From NCBI GenBank assembly GCA_043228905.1, contig JBHGNT010000001.1, forward strand, positions 5,394,001 to 5,458,000: 64,000 nucleotides of DNA, read 5' to 3'. Below are positions 12,193 to 24,638 of the stretch, in pieces. This stretch comes from Azolla caroliniana (lineage: Eukaryota > Plantae > Polypodiophyta). Each line of letters starts with the position of its first letter. The first letter of the stretch is position 1. The position numbers and the translations under genes were made by a program. Below the pieces are notes generated by a model. It saw only the letters and a list, made by a program, of their open reading frames with translations. It was not told the origin of the DNA and ran no database searches.

Positions 12193-12935
12193 TGTTAGGA
12201 TTTTGTTCCTCCTCATGGGAGAAGTCGGCAGTCAAATAGTAGAAGCCAACAATCGAATTCAGGACGATCGACCAGTAAGTCAACTTGGTGGTCGAGTGTT
12301 TGAAGGAAATGGAGAGTCGGCTGAATTAGATAGATGATCCATTTGGAAGACTAGGCCGACTAGTCACGCCAGTCGGATGTTTGAAGGAGAAATCGACAAT
12401 GGGAGTCGGCTAGTCGGATCGACTGGATAATCGACAATGGGAGTCGACTAGGTGAACCGACTAGACTGTTGACTTGTGGGTCGGACAATCGAGTCGACCA
12501 GTTGACCGATTAATTATTATTATATTTATAATAATAATTAATCCTTCTATAAATATATGGAGTTAGGGCAACAACTCTATATAGATATTGAGAGCGAAGT
12601 AGGCGTAGAATATGTGAAGTAGCAGCACTATGTAGAATAGTGGTGTGCAACAAAAAGAGAAGCGAGACGCGAGAGAGTGTGCATGTAGGCATAGTGGAGT
12701 GAAAATTGCCAAACTCCTAAGTGGTGAATACTCTATTTTAGCAGAGTCTTTGTAATTTGTTCCTTTAGCAGAGTACATCTGTTATATAGGGAAGATATAT
12801 TGCACCGTGGTTTTCCCATTTTAGGGTTTCCACGTAAATCTTGTGTACTGTGTATTTTGTTGTTTTCAGTTTTCAGTTTTGTATATCATCTAAGACTTCT
12901 ATTTTGCTTGTTGATTTATGGTCCACATCATAACA
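12193..12935 (+). repeat. 3' LTR of the copia element (743 bp)
   Basis: Follows the purine-rich tract GAGTGAAGGGAG. Termini TGTTA...TAACA. TATA-like CTATAAATA near 12547. U3 region packed with GTCGAC/AGTCGG repeats (12225-12510). Candidate right TSD ATTAT (12936-12940). Confidence 0.85.
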
Positions 12936-13395
12936 ATTATGTGAGTAAATGTATGTTTCCCATTGAAGCCTTGGTTCCGCTTGATCCTCGGTTGGATCTG
13001 GAACAATCTAAAGTACCTGGCACGAGCTTCGCTTCCCACACATTTTCAATGTTATGAGCATTGTCTTCCCTAGTGTGAATGGGGACTGACAAGAGCGTTT
13101 GATGTAAGGGAAGTCTAAATGCAAATGTTTTGGCTCTTTCCAACTCATTTTTCAATTGATACACTAATGCTTTTCTCTCCTCACTTTCTCTCATGAGATT
13201 GGTGATTATCGTTTGAATTAAAAGCTTGCTTTTAAGTACTAGTTCATTGGATTGTCCATATTACTTATGTGTATTTTCTTGTCTCTTGACTTGTTTAAGT
13301 GACTTTTTTCTTTTCTTTTTTTTTTCAAAACAAATTACCCTTCCATTAGTTATAAATTATCCATTAAGTGACTTGATTAAGTCAAGTTTACACGA

Positions 13396-14000
13396 TGTCG
13401 CGTTGTTACGCGCGTACGTGTAGAAAGGGGCGAGACCACGGGGGTCTTGGACCGAGGAGCGAGAGAGAGAGAGACAGAGAGAGAGATTCACAGACACGTA
13501 GAAGCGAGAAAGAGAGATATAGAACGTAACACTTAATTACAATGACAAGAGATTACAAACTCCGACGGTTACAACCGACAAGGCGGCGACGGACCCGACA
13601 CGGGGACCTTACTCACGCACACTGACGACAGTCACACGACTCCCAAAAACAAAGGGGGGAAAGGAGAGACTTTGCTGGAAGCACACGGGCTGTCCCCGAA
13701 GCAGAGGTAGCGAACTCCCGACGCCCGTAGAGAACGACGGCTGGAGGAGAAGAGAGAGAGCTCCGCCCTCGGTTCTGCAGCAGCGCTCCCTCCTCCCTCC
13801 TTCTCTTTTCTTCCCCCATTCGCTTTATTCCTTGTCCCTCTGACAGGGATACGCACAATCCCCCTCTAATAAATGCGTGCGGCTTAGTATTTACATCCAC
13901 CGGTTCATGTACAAAATATCAAGTCACGCGTCCATCCGTGTAAGGGCCGGTTTACGCGCTTTCTCTCCGATTCCGCCTATGGCCAGTTTTCTTCACGACA
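13396..14000 (-). mobile_element. GC/CpG-rich solo LTR (605 bp) with 4-bp TSD
   Basis: Termini TGTCGCG...CACGACA (inverted, 6/7). ACGA on both sides (13392-13395, 14001-14004). The minus strand reads promoter-like region, CT-rich tract, TTGTAAT-rich 3' zone, consistent with U3-R-U5. Confidence 0.8.
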
Positions 14001-14949
14001 ACGAGTTTGTGAGTTTTGTTGTCAAGTTAACATAGTGAGAGAGTAAGGTGGAGCTCACTTAAGTAATTAGTATGGTCATTAGCATCATGCAAAGTATTGG
14101 CAACAAGTCCTACCCTTGTTTCCAACTGGAAAGTGTTTGATTGTCTAGACATACATCATCGCTCTCATAGGGAAATAGAACTATGGCCAAGTGAAAGATG
14201 TGTGCCCGGCATAACACAAGTTGAGCCAACACAATATAGCATATAAGCAATATATTATAATGCTTTATAATGTGATAAGCCAGTTTTTTGTAATAAAAAG
14301 TTTCTTCTAGAATTACATAATGTATAATAGTATGAGGATTTTCTCTTGATGCCTCAAAGTCCATGCAACTTTGCTCAGTTGCACTATTGCTTGGATGTAA
14401 TCGGTAAGAGCATCTACTTGTCATTGTCGTTGATAGATTGTACAAAGTGTTTTAGGCTTAGGTAGCGCTCAAAAACACAAGTTGTCCATCTAAAATTGGG
14501 TGTTGACCAATGCCTATGGTAGACCCTATGGTAGATCACAAACTAAGGTCACCATAAACTCATATATGGAGCTCCTCAAGAGGTTTCTCCTCTGTAAACT
14601 AATACACACTTACATAGATCACAAGAACAAAGCTCGCCAATGTGATGTCTCCAAACCTACACACCTTATTCTTCCCGATTCACAAATGTAAGTCGGGCAA
14701 ACACAAGATTAAGTTGTGATGCATGGAAAAATGTATGGAGGCACTTGAATAGCCTCAAAAAGGATGAAAGGAAGACAATATGAACTTGATAAAGAGCTAT
14801 AACATACATAGTTTTACAGAAAAGACCGTAAGAGGACATGGAGAGCTATCAAGGGGATTGCTCACGGAATTGAAGGGTCGTTTCTCTTTATATAGAATCT
14901 TTGACATATATCGAACAATTATACATTCAGGAAAAGAGGCCTATGACTA

Positions 14950-16000
14950 ACGTGTTCCCTTAATGCACATTCGAAGCTTTAAGTATGAGAATGTCATGAA
15001 AAGCATTTTCAAACGTAGCAGGGCTAAAGATAGACCTCCTTTATGCTTGGTAAATGCTAAAATGGATCTGTCCAATGGCTGAATATATGCACCACTAAAT
15101 CAAGAAAATATAGCAGAGCAGTTTCTTGAGGTTAGCAAAATAATTGGGTCAAGACACTCGTTAGAAAAGGAGGGAAATAGACATTACCTGATTGTGGTGG
15201 GATCTTGGATGGTAAACTAATATGCAAGATCACTGGCATTAACTCAATGAATGAGCTAACAAATGAGTTAATGGAGGAGAATCAACTTAATGGACAACAA
15301 TTATACTGTTGTTGCATAGATTTCAAGAAGGCTTACTACACAATCCGAAGGAAAACATCATGAAAAGAATGAAAAAACATAAGAGTACCAACACAAATGA
15401 AAGCAATTGTAGCTTAGTTATATTAACAAGCATCAAGGTGCAGGTTGAAGAAAAAAGAAGGTTTTTTTTTGAGAGTTCATGATCACTATGGAGTGAAACA
15501 CAAGGATGCCTTCTATCACCCACTCTATTTCTATGTATTGACAAACCACAAGAGTTCATACAAGAATCCTTAGAGAGCACGAGGATAAAAACCAATTGTT
15601 GCGCAATCAATCGATGGTGTACTTACGCCATATTCTCAATTAAGACCACAAAAGTTTTTAGAAATGGTACATACTCCTTGTGAAAATAGTGGCTTGATGG
15701 TAAACTTGAGTTCTAAGACCAAAGTCGTGGTGGTAAGCGCGCCAAATCTGAAAGTCATTGGCCATTAGCTTGAATTGAAGAGGAGATCAATGAAGTGCTT
15801 CATAATTTCATTCAAGTTGACACACCTAGTTAACAATTAAAATCGAAATTGGCACAAGCCCAATAATACAAATTTGAGAATGTGTGCCATTTCAACACAA
15901 CTCAAAGATAGGAGATCACTATAGTATGTTGATGTCTCCAATGATGGTGGAAACTTTGTTATGGAACTAGGGTTTAATGTATACACGCTCATGTATGACA
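14950..16000 (+). mobile_element. Highly degraded RTE-like LINE RT fragment
   Basis: CIDFKKAY near 15313 and GV../QGCLLSPTLF near 15490, across frameshifts. Confidence 0.6.
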
Positions 16001-16152
16001 TCGGGAAAATGCAAAAGTAGTTTCTATGTTGTATGTATATCAATCTTTCTAGACTTCTCATGAATTTTCAGCCCTTGGACTCCCTTGAAAACTCATGGGT
16101 CATTCCATTCCATTCTTTTTAGCCTATATGGGGGTCTTCCTTTCATGGCCTT

Positions 16153-16884
16153 TAGTTCTTAGGTCATGTTCCTTCCATTGTTAGACATGACGATAATCTA
16201 TAGCCAAGTTGTGTGCCCTTTCCTCCCCAATGGATAAAAGGCATCGTTCTCCTTTTAGAATTGGTATGTAGAACATGATAAATGTTATGTTTTGGTTAGA
16301 CAAACTTGTTTGTGGGCCCTTACTCTACTACTATGTTGGCATCTCTTGTCCTTTCAATTGGATCACTAGATTTGGTCTAAAGTACCTTCCAAATGCTTCA
16401 GTGCTCCGAAATGCAATAGTCATGGGCCCTTTCAACAACTTTCACATCGTTAATATTGGTCCCAACTCTTGTTATATTTATCCTTAGGTGTTTCGAACTT
16501 AATGTTGGGCCCTCTAGTTCTTAGGCCATATTCCTTCCATTGTTAGACATGACGATAATTTATAGCCAAGTTGTGTGCCCTTTCCTCCCTAATGGATAAA
16601 AGGCATCGTTCTCCTTTTAGAATTGGTAGCCCAAGGATCTAGAACATGATAAATTTTATGTTTTGGTTAGACAAAATTGTTTGTGGGCCCTTACTCTACT
16701 ACTATGTTGGCATCTCTTGTCCTTTCAACTGGATCACTAGATTTGGTCTGAAGTACCTTCCAAATGCTTCAGTGCTCCAAAATGCATTAGTCATGGGCCC
16801 TTCAACATCTTTCACATCGTTAATATTGGTCCCAACTCTTGTTATATTTATCCTTAGGTGTTTCAAACTTAATGTTGGGCCCTC
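16153..16884. repeat. Tandem duplication, units 16153-16514 and 16515-16884
   Basis: Near-identical ~365-bp units, both beginning TAGTTCTTAGG and ending AATGTTGGGCCCTC. The ORF track shows duplicated peptides. Confidence 0.95.
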
Positions 16885-18299
16885 TCTTCCTTATATTATC
16901 TATCTTGGCCCTTTAAGTAATTTCCCATGTAAGTCCCTCGATGCACTCATTCCAACTAGCTTCCCTCACCTATTCTTGTTATAGTATCAATTGCCCAATC
17001 CATTTCATTTGTTGTGCTCGGTATGATATCCTATAATGTTGGCTTCTTTATGGGCTCTTATGATCACCATGAGGTTTGGCCATGTCAAATAGTGATGGCA
17101 GTTTCTATGCTTGTTGGTTTTGGGCTTTCTTGCAAGGGTTGTCAGCCCAATTCTTGTCTCATTCTTGAGTTTCAATCACATTCAGACCCAGTATATCTTG
17201 GTTTCACTCACAAGAGAAGCAAAATAGGCATTGTTTTTTACTTCATCTTGGCACTTGGCCACTCTCTTAGGTTAAGATTACCTAGATTTTCGATGAATAA
17301 AATGTACTTCTCTAACCTCAAATGATAACATGTTTGAGTATTTTACTCAAGCTAGACATATATCCTATCAAACTCATGTCCAATCATTGCAAATTTATGA
17401 TCATCCCAAAACAAATATCCTGTGATTTTAATAATTACTAATTGTAATGCACTTTTGTAAGCATATGTAAACCACCATCTTGATTGTCGTCATTATTCAC
17501 ACTAGAGGAACCCTATTACTCATCTTTGATCAAGATTTTAACTTTATGAAAAATGGTTATAATTATATAAGAATCTTAGACGTAGGATATTATGTACCCA
17601 AAATGAGGAAATTTTTCCTAAATGCTTCCTTTAGTCATATCCCTTTCTTAAAATTTGGTTTGTCTATAAGAATCTTTGATTTGACACCACATTTTAAAGG
17701 CTATCTACTCATCCCACAATATACTCATTATGCAAGCATAGTAATGTCCTTTGTTTATTGTAAATATAGATGGACGAACTCTATACAAACTCAATATCTA
17801 GACGGATACTAACTTACACTTCAATAAGGAATTCCTTGACTCGTTGAAAAGAGTTGTACGTTCATCCCTAAACCTAATAAACTTTGAAAATGAGTATTGA
17901 TGCACAAATACAAGTGTTGGCCACTCCTGTGTAGAAAATAGACCATGTGTCATACAAAGATATTGTGTGATACCAATAATTTATATGCCTACCATTTCAC
18001 GTGTAAGTGTATTAGAATTGCCATGATCCCTTGTATAAGGTAATGCATTATACTATCATTTGAACTCCTATAACCAAGGGGGAAATGGTAATATAAATGT
18101 CACTAAAGCCACTTTTCTAAGAGCGAAGTGCTTTTTTAACTTTGGCAACATCAAACCCATAATTTGAAGCTCGACTCCACAAACTTAATATATATGGCAT
18201 ATGAATCTATGAGCAATCATTTTTGTGTAGATGTCTAAAGTTGATAGATGCTTTGACATTGTGTCACCATGTCTTGATATAATCTTTCCATTATGCTAA

Positions 18300-19750
18300 T
18301 TCTGCCTTGTTGGATTGTTTCACTCTATAGAACATATTCGAACAACATGTAAGGTTAAATAAATCCACAAAGTGTTATGTATCCTATAGCAACATTTGTG
18401 CAATGTGGCCCTTACATTACTCTCCACCATGGTGAATCTGAAAATTTCATTGTGCCTATAATGAAATGTCAAGTAAAGTCGCTATGAAAAAACATGAGAT
18501 ATTAAAATCAAACATCACATCGACCAGATAAAGCTTGATGACAAATGCTACTTCCTATATTAAACTTATAATATAAAAATATATATAGCATCAAGATTAG
18601 GGTTTCATGAAAGACAATGGGAATGAAAGGGATGGCTTGAAGAATGGTGTTTCTTGACTTAACGAAAATGATCTTGAAATGGCATCATTTTAAATGTCAA
18701 AAATGTTGTCTATAAAAAAATAGGATGTCTAGAAGAATGGTCAATATAGACATACTAAATGTAAAAACAAAAGAGCTCGTTTTCCATGTTTTGCCACAAA
18801 TAGTCATTATGCTTTCATATGCAATGGGTTTGAATTGTCAAACACATCATATGTATGGAGTCGATCACCCCCAAAAGTAGTCAAAAGCAAGGTGGTCATC
18901 GACCAAGTTCATATATTTTTTTCTTTTCATAATAGCATCAATCCTTTATATATAGATGGATAGATAAACAATGAGCTATAAGTTAGACAAGGTTAATGCA
19001 AAGATTCTCGAGATATGTATTGAATTGTCATGTAAGTGTAACCTCTTTATATCTCCCTATCATCTCTACTTTATAAATCATTCAAAGAAGGCTATGGACC
19101 ATTTATATGAGGTTGAGAGTTTGGCTATTTATAAATATCTTGCTGATAGGACGTTCTCCTTATGTTTTTTGTTTCTCTTTGCAAAGAGACAATATGTTGT
19201 TTTTGAGAGACCTTGTTTGAAAAGCTACTCTCAATAAGCATGCATTTTAAGAAGAAAATATAGGTGCTTTTTTCTGATTGGAAATAAGGAAACCTTTTTC
19301 CACAAGATATCTATGTTTTATGATTTATCAGTAAATTCTTCTCTCGAACGCAAGGATAATTCATGATTCATCAATGCATTCAAGTGTGGTTATGCATGTA
19401 TTTTCTCGATATCTTAGCTTTAGCTTGATAGAGACAAGGGCAAGGAACACATCTATTTTTGGATCTAGGCTCACCTTTGCTACCATATATTTAGGGTCAA
19501 TTGATTAGGCTACAAATTGGCACCCTAAGTGATTCAAGTATCTCTTGGTGCATTTTGGTTTGTGATCACACAACCAATTATTAGAGTAGAGCACTGGTTT
19601 CACCAAATGTTTTTGCATCAAGATCAACGTATACTTTTGTTTAGTAACACAATATGAAGCTGAAGCTTAACACATTGAAGAAAGAAATTGTGAGAATCCC
19701 ACTTTTTTTTATGATCAACAATTTATGTGCCAATCAATGCATAAATATTC
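18300..19750 (-). mobile_element. Possible very degraded MULE/SWIM-type transposase remnant
   Basis: Minus-strand fragments LDAKTFG...LVV/DH.QNAP...T*IT near 19530-19630 resemble the MULE DATFGT...LLVFD...PVAWI region. CKGHIAQ near 18400 is SWIM-like. Weak. Confidence 0.3.
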
Positions 19751-20736
19751 TTTAGTTGTGTGTTTTAAACCTAGCACCAAATGAATTTGGACGAGATAGC
19801 AAAAGAGGACCAATGATGCGTATCTCATTGTATGAGCCTCGGTTATAACTTATAATAATCCATTGATATGGCCTTCATTTTCAAAGTATTGTGTCCACCA
19901 CTCAGAAATTACATCCACATTAAGACATGTGCACCCTCCCTCCCAAGTCTTCTACCAAACAAAAAAGAAAGTCGGGCCTTTTCAACAAGTTTCGTATTAA
20001 ACAAGTCCCAAGACAAATAATAAAACTTATCTATCTACCTTCCCCAGGGCAAGGCAAAAAGGTCTGTAATTCAACCAATAGGTTTCCGAGTACAGGTCCG
20101 GCCACTATGTGTTTGCGGTGCCGAAAAAGGGTGTCTTCATGAAGTCAACAAGCCAAAAAGCAATGAAACCTTGGGCCAAATGAGCTTATGAGTTTAACTC
20201 TCTGCTGGGCATAATAAGGTGTGTCGGTGCCGACATAGAGGAGAAAACGGCCGACGAGCCGGCTTCAAAAACCCTAGTGTGAAAACCCTTGGAGTAAAAG
20301 CTAAAGGTCTCTCCCAATCCCAATGTGTGAACGCCTTTCTAATACATACATATGTCAAATTAATTTAACTGATTCTTCTCCCTAGGACCAACAAAAAAAA
20401 GAAGAAAAAAAAAAAGGCTATTTGGCTTTCTTTTTGTGTGGTTTCTGAGCCTACTATTTTGCTTACCAGACTCTGTTTTTTCTCTTCTGGTTTTTTGTTT
20501 TGTTTTGTTTATGTGTGCCCTGTATATGCCCCTACATTTTTATTTTTATTTCTTATAGAGATTTGACTCAGATTCTGTTTTGTTAAAAGCTCTGGCAAAT
20601 TAATCAGATCGCAATCTCAAGTCATTTGATTAAGTCTGAGAATTTGGGATTCCCAGATCGCTTCCATGATTTGCATCCCAACATGATTTCTAATCGTGTT
20701 ACGCATAATTCTAACTCAGCTTCTACATTAATCACG

Positions 20737-23700
20737 ATGCTGCATCTCCGACGTCTCCTCACAATCGTTCTGCTCATGCAGTTGTCGTCCGTCTCCTTCA
20801 ATGGCCAAGCTGAAGGTGAGATTTAATACATAGATTTGTTTGTTTATTGAGACGACTAATACAAAATTAAGGGTAGATAGGACTTCATTCCTGAGAAATT
20901 GTAATTCACTCCATGAAACAATTGTTAACTAGCCAGATCACCAGCGTGAAAGAGGGGAACATATCATTAGCCTTAGTGATACAATAATAAACTGTGCTGA
21001 TGAGATTAAGAAAACTGAGGGACTTTACCTGTGCTTTAATTTGGGGGCTAATTTAAGGACCAGAAGAATGTGGAGAATTAGAAAAGACTTCTGCTGCAGC
21101 AGTTTTGAAAGGATTAGGGGATTATAGTTATGAGGTCATAAACTTAATTATGTGAAACGACAAAATTTATCAATTTGGGAGGAATTCAGGAGTCTGAGTT
21201 TCCTCTACCATAAATCGGAGCCAATGAAAAGGTCCTTTTTTTGAGGGGAAATTTTTTTGATAAAAGGGATTTTGGCCTAAAATCTTCGGTTGGGTTAGCA
21301 CTAATTAGGTGAAGGTTTCTGATTAGTTTAAACAACCCACTAAGTACCCCTCTCTCCCAGCAGCTACTTTGATTTAACATATAACATCCTCAAGATTTTA
21401 AGCACTCAAAAATGAGTGAGTATGTATGTATGTAAAGGGGATGCAGCTATGGATTGGTTAATAAGTCTCGGATTTTTGGTTTTTGGCCGATTCGCAGCTC
21501 GCGGTGGTGTATACACGAGGGGATGGCCATTGATGAAGAAGCTAGGGCGGCAAACGGCATTCGGCCGGGGTCTCTTAAAGATGCGATTCGGCGAGAGGGA
21601 GGCGGGTGCGGTGTCGGAGGTTGTTCATGACAAGGGCATGCTACAAAGTGGGAGTTGTGGTAGGGTTAGTAGGGGGCGGTGGCTCCAGGAGGCGGGGACG
21701 TATTGCGTGGCCATCGGCACGGCCGACCAGACGGCATTACAGGCGGCCCTCGACTGGGCGTGCAGCCAGGACCACGGAAATGTGAATTGCGGGCCGTTGC
21801 AAGAGGGCGGGAGCTGCTACGAGCCCAATGACCTTGTCCACCACGCGTCCTACGCCTTCAACTCCTACTACCTCGCCCAAAACGGCGCCACCGGCTCGTG
21901 TAGCTTCAGTGGCGTCGCCACCCCCACCACCATCAACCCAAGTAAGAACTTGAAAACCCACCCCCCCCCCCATTCTCTTCTCCTCTCTTCTCTTCTTCAT
22001 CTCCAATCTTTTGCTAAGGTTTATGCCTAATTACTCTTATTGTTGTTGTTGTTGACCTCCAATCTTGCTTAAAGGAACTTTATGTTAATTACCCTTATTT
22101 TTATTTTTATTTTTATTTTTATTGATCTCCAATCTTGCTAAGGTTTATGTCTTGCTCAGGTTCATGTTATTATTATTATATCTCAACATGCACAATACAC
22201 CTCCCTCCGGCTTGCCTACTATTTTTTAGTTCCCAATGCCCCCCCCCCATTCACACATTCACACAACATGTCAAGTCAAGCTTAAACTTTTAGATTTTAG
22301 TTGTGACCACTCTTGTTTGATCAACTTTCTAACATCACAAGGTGGTCTACAATCATTCTAGTTTTGTCGTAGTTGTTTAGTTTAGCCCATAACACTTGCT
22401 TTTGAGCTATATATGTAGTATATATACACACCTCACACATACATACATTGTATAAGAGGTTTCACATTTCTATCATTTAGGGAAAACTTGATTGAGCGTG
22501 ACTTTCGCACATACAACTAAGGTGTTCCAACATTTGAGCTCTTTCAGACAATAAAGTTTTGAAAGTGGCACATCATAATTGTCTGAAATCTTGTGTGTTT
22601 ATATAATGGAATATTATTGTTGGCCTATTGTGCCATGCGAGCAATGTCCAACTGGTTAAATGAAATGTTGATTTATTCACAATACCTGATTGCTTCATAG
22701 AAACTAGGGGGGATAACCACAAAAGTTTGCCCAAGTCATAGTCACATGCCTATTACCAAAGCCCTTTCATAAACCGAACATATTTAAGGACATAGACGTT
22801 CTAATACATAAATAAAAGATATATATAAAGAATGGTCATCTTCTCAAGAGTAATTTACCATTTTTATTCTCAACTTCAAAGGCATGCATTATAATGTACT
22901 TCTTTCAAAGAAACAATGAAATTGCACCAAAGTCTATGTGATTGCTTGAAGCATTGTATAGCTACTTCACCTTCACAAGCCATGGTCGGCATGCCCAAAG
23001 GGAAGCTATAGTGATTTCTTATTGTTTTCAATGCTAAAATAGGATAAGGTTTAATGTTTCCATAAAGATTTCGAAAAATATTCCTTCTATTTTGTGTGTC
23101 CTAGAAATAAGAAATTCCACTTTTCTTGTTTTGTTTCTTTTGAATATTGATGTATGGTTTGAAGATGCTTTCTCAAACATCAAATGAACTCTAAAAACGT
23201 TTTTATGGAAAGAAAACCCCCTTGTTTGGTAGTTAAACATTGAAAGGAAATCACATACAAACTTATGTGGTAGAGGCATTTTGATTTTATGTCAAGCTCT
23301 CTAGATGTGATAGAAATCAATTGAGCCACTTTTTGCCGTGTCTTGTTATATAAACAATGTTAATAATGATCCATAGTAGATACTCACACTTGTCCTAGAA
23401 AGTTAAATAATATGCAAAGTGGCAAATTCTCTTATATCAAAACTTTGTGCGTCAATAATCATTAACATTCTGACTCCGTAGAGTTGCCTTTCCCCAATTC
23501 ATGCACAATAATCCCCAAAAATTTGTAAATAAGAGGACAATAGCCTTTCAAAAACGTTAATAGAGCTCTACTTATAAGACCTCTCAACTCCATCTTTTCA
23601 ATTGGGGCAATACACTTATGTGTACACCTGGTCCAAGTCACACTATAATGCTCCTATTTTCTTGACGTCTACCTCTAATGACTAGTGTTATGTAACAACA

Positions 23701-24638
23701 TTCAATTTGGTATTTCTTGTCATATGCGACTCCTTACCCAACATTGATTGTCATGAATCATGATCATACATCTTTCACCTTACAATAGTTACAAAAAAAT
23801 GCCATCTCAATTATTGCATGGCAAGGGCATTGAGTTTTCGTTGAATCACTTTATCATGAAATATTCCACTTTTCCAACTTTTGTCCATATTAGTACTTTT
23901 GCTCAACTAATATGCAATGCACCTTGATATCAACTAAAAGTAATGGTATTGAAAACAAAACCGTGTAATATTTTACTTCCATCAAATGTTTTGTCTATAT
24001 TACTTTTTTGTTGAGCATTATGCATAGGAAACACATTTTTACTCCATGCTTGGGTTGTTGGTCAACTTTTGCATGGCAAGATTTATGTCAATGTCAAGGT
24101 TGCTTCGGGCCTTACTTCAAGTTACTTACCTATATCATCCTCCAACATGCGTGACCCTATTGTCATAAATTATAATTGAATGCATGCTTGCATGTGGAGT
24201 ACTCAACTCCTAGATTAAACTCTCATAAATGGAGCTAGATTATTATCAATGTTTATTGTGTCATATATGTACACATGATATGACCTTATCATCTGCATCC
24301 ATCTTCATTTTTTCTTGTGTTCACCAAATTATGTAAAGTAACACACTTCAAAATCATCCTAAAATGTATCACTAATTAATCCATCTGTCAACTTTTTTGT
24401 AGGCAATGGCACATGTGTCTATCAAGCTTTGGGTTCTAGCTCCACTACTGCGATATCACCATCCTCTGATCCTCCTTCAAACACCACCCCAACTAACACT
24501 ACCACTGAAACACCATCTTCTTCATCCATTGTGTTGGCTTCTAGCATTACTTATACATTATGTGCCATTGTTACAAGTCTCATTTTAGCGATGGAGTTGG
24601 CCAACTTTCCATTCAAAACATTCTTAACATTAATTTAA
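20737..24638 (+). CDS. X8 (CBM43) domain secreted, probably GPI-anchored protein, PDCB (plasmodesmata callose-binding)-like; 3 exons: 20737-20815, 21498-21941, 24403-24638
   Basis: Signal-peptide-like MLHLRRLLTIVLLMQLSSVSFNGQAE. X8 domain YCVA...LQAALDWAC...NCGPLQEGGSCYEPN...HASYAFNSYY...SCSFSG..NPS|NGTCVY. S/T/P-rich linker and hydrophobic C-terminus. Phase-1 GT-AG introns are consistent. An alternative in-phase acceptor exists at 21438. Confidence 0.9.
23300..24130 (-). mobile_element. Degraded RTE-like LINE RT fragment in intron 2 of the X8 gene
   Basis: Minus-strand remnants such as LDQVYT and a CPL/F-G-I-like stretch; heavily decayed. Confidence 0.35.

Larger units (their letters stand above)
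1..12935 (+). mobile_element. Decayed Ty1/copia LTR retrotransposon (Tnt1/Tork-like). 5' part lies outside the window; interrupted by a LINE (832-8509) and a solo-LTR-like insert (10066-11214)
   Basis: Pol motifs in copia order: protease-like WVIDSIAS, GAG-pre-integrase LWHKRLGHMS, integrase LELVHTDVC...FVTFIDDYSKKLWAF resuming at 8529 as VLKSKDQVLSVF...IRTDN, RT RYKARIVVKGF/QLDVKTTFLHG/LYGLKQAPRQW/LYVD|ML, RNase H EVEYMVA...CDNQSAIHL, then polypurine tract and LTR. Many stops and frameshifts. Confidence 0.95.

Noticed and set aside
12937-13194. 85-aa minus-strand ORF as gag belonging to the LTR at 13396-14000
   Set aside because: That LTR is closed by its own TSD on both sides (solo), no PBS was seen, and the peptide has no gag motif.
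19610-19640. Minus-strand KVYVDLDA resembling an AEP/PrimPol motif
   Set aside because: No open frame or further primase motifs; a decayed MULE-like context or chance explains it better.
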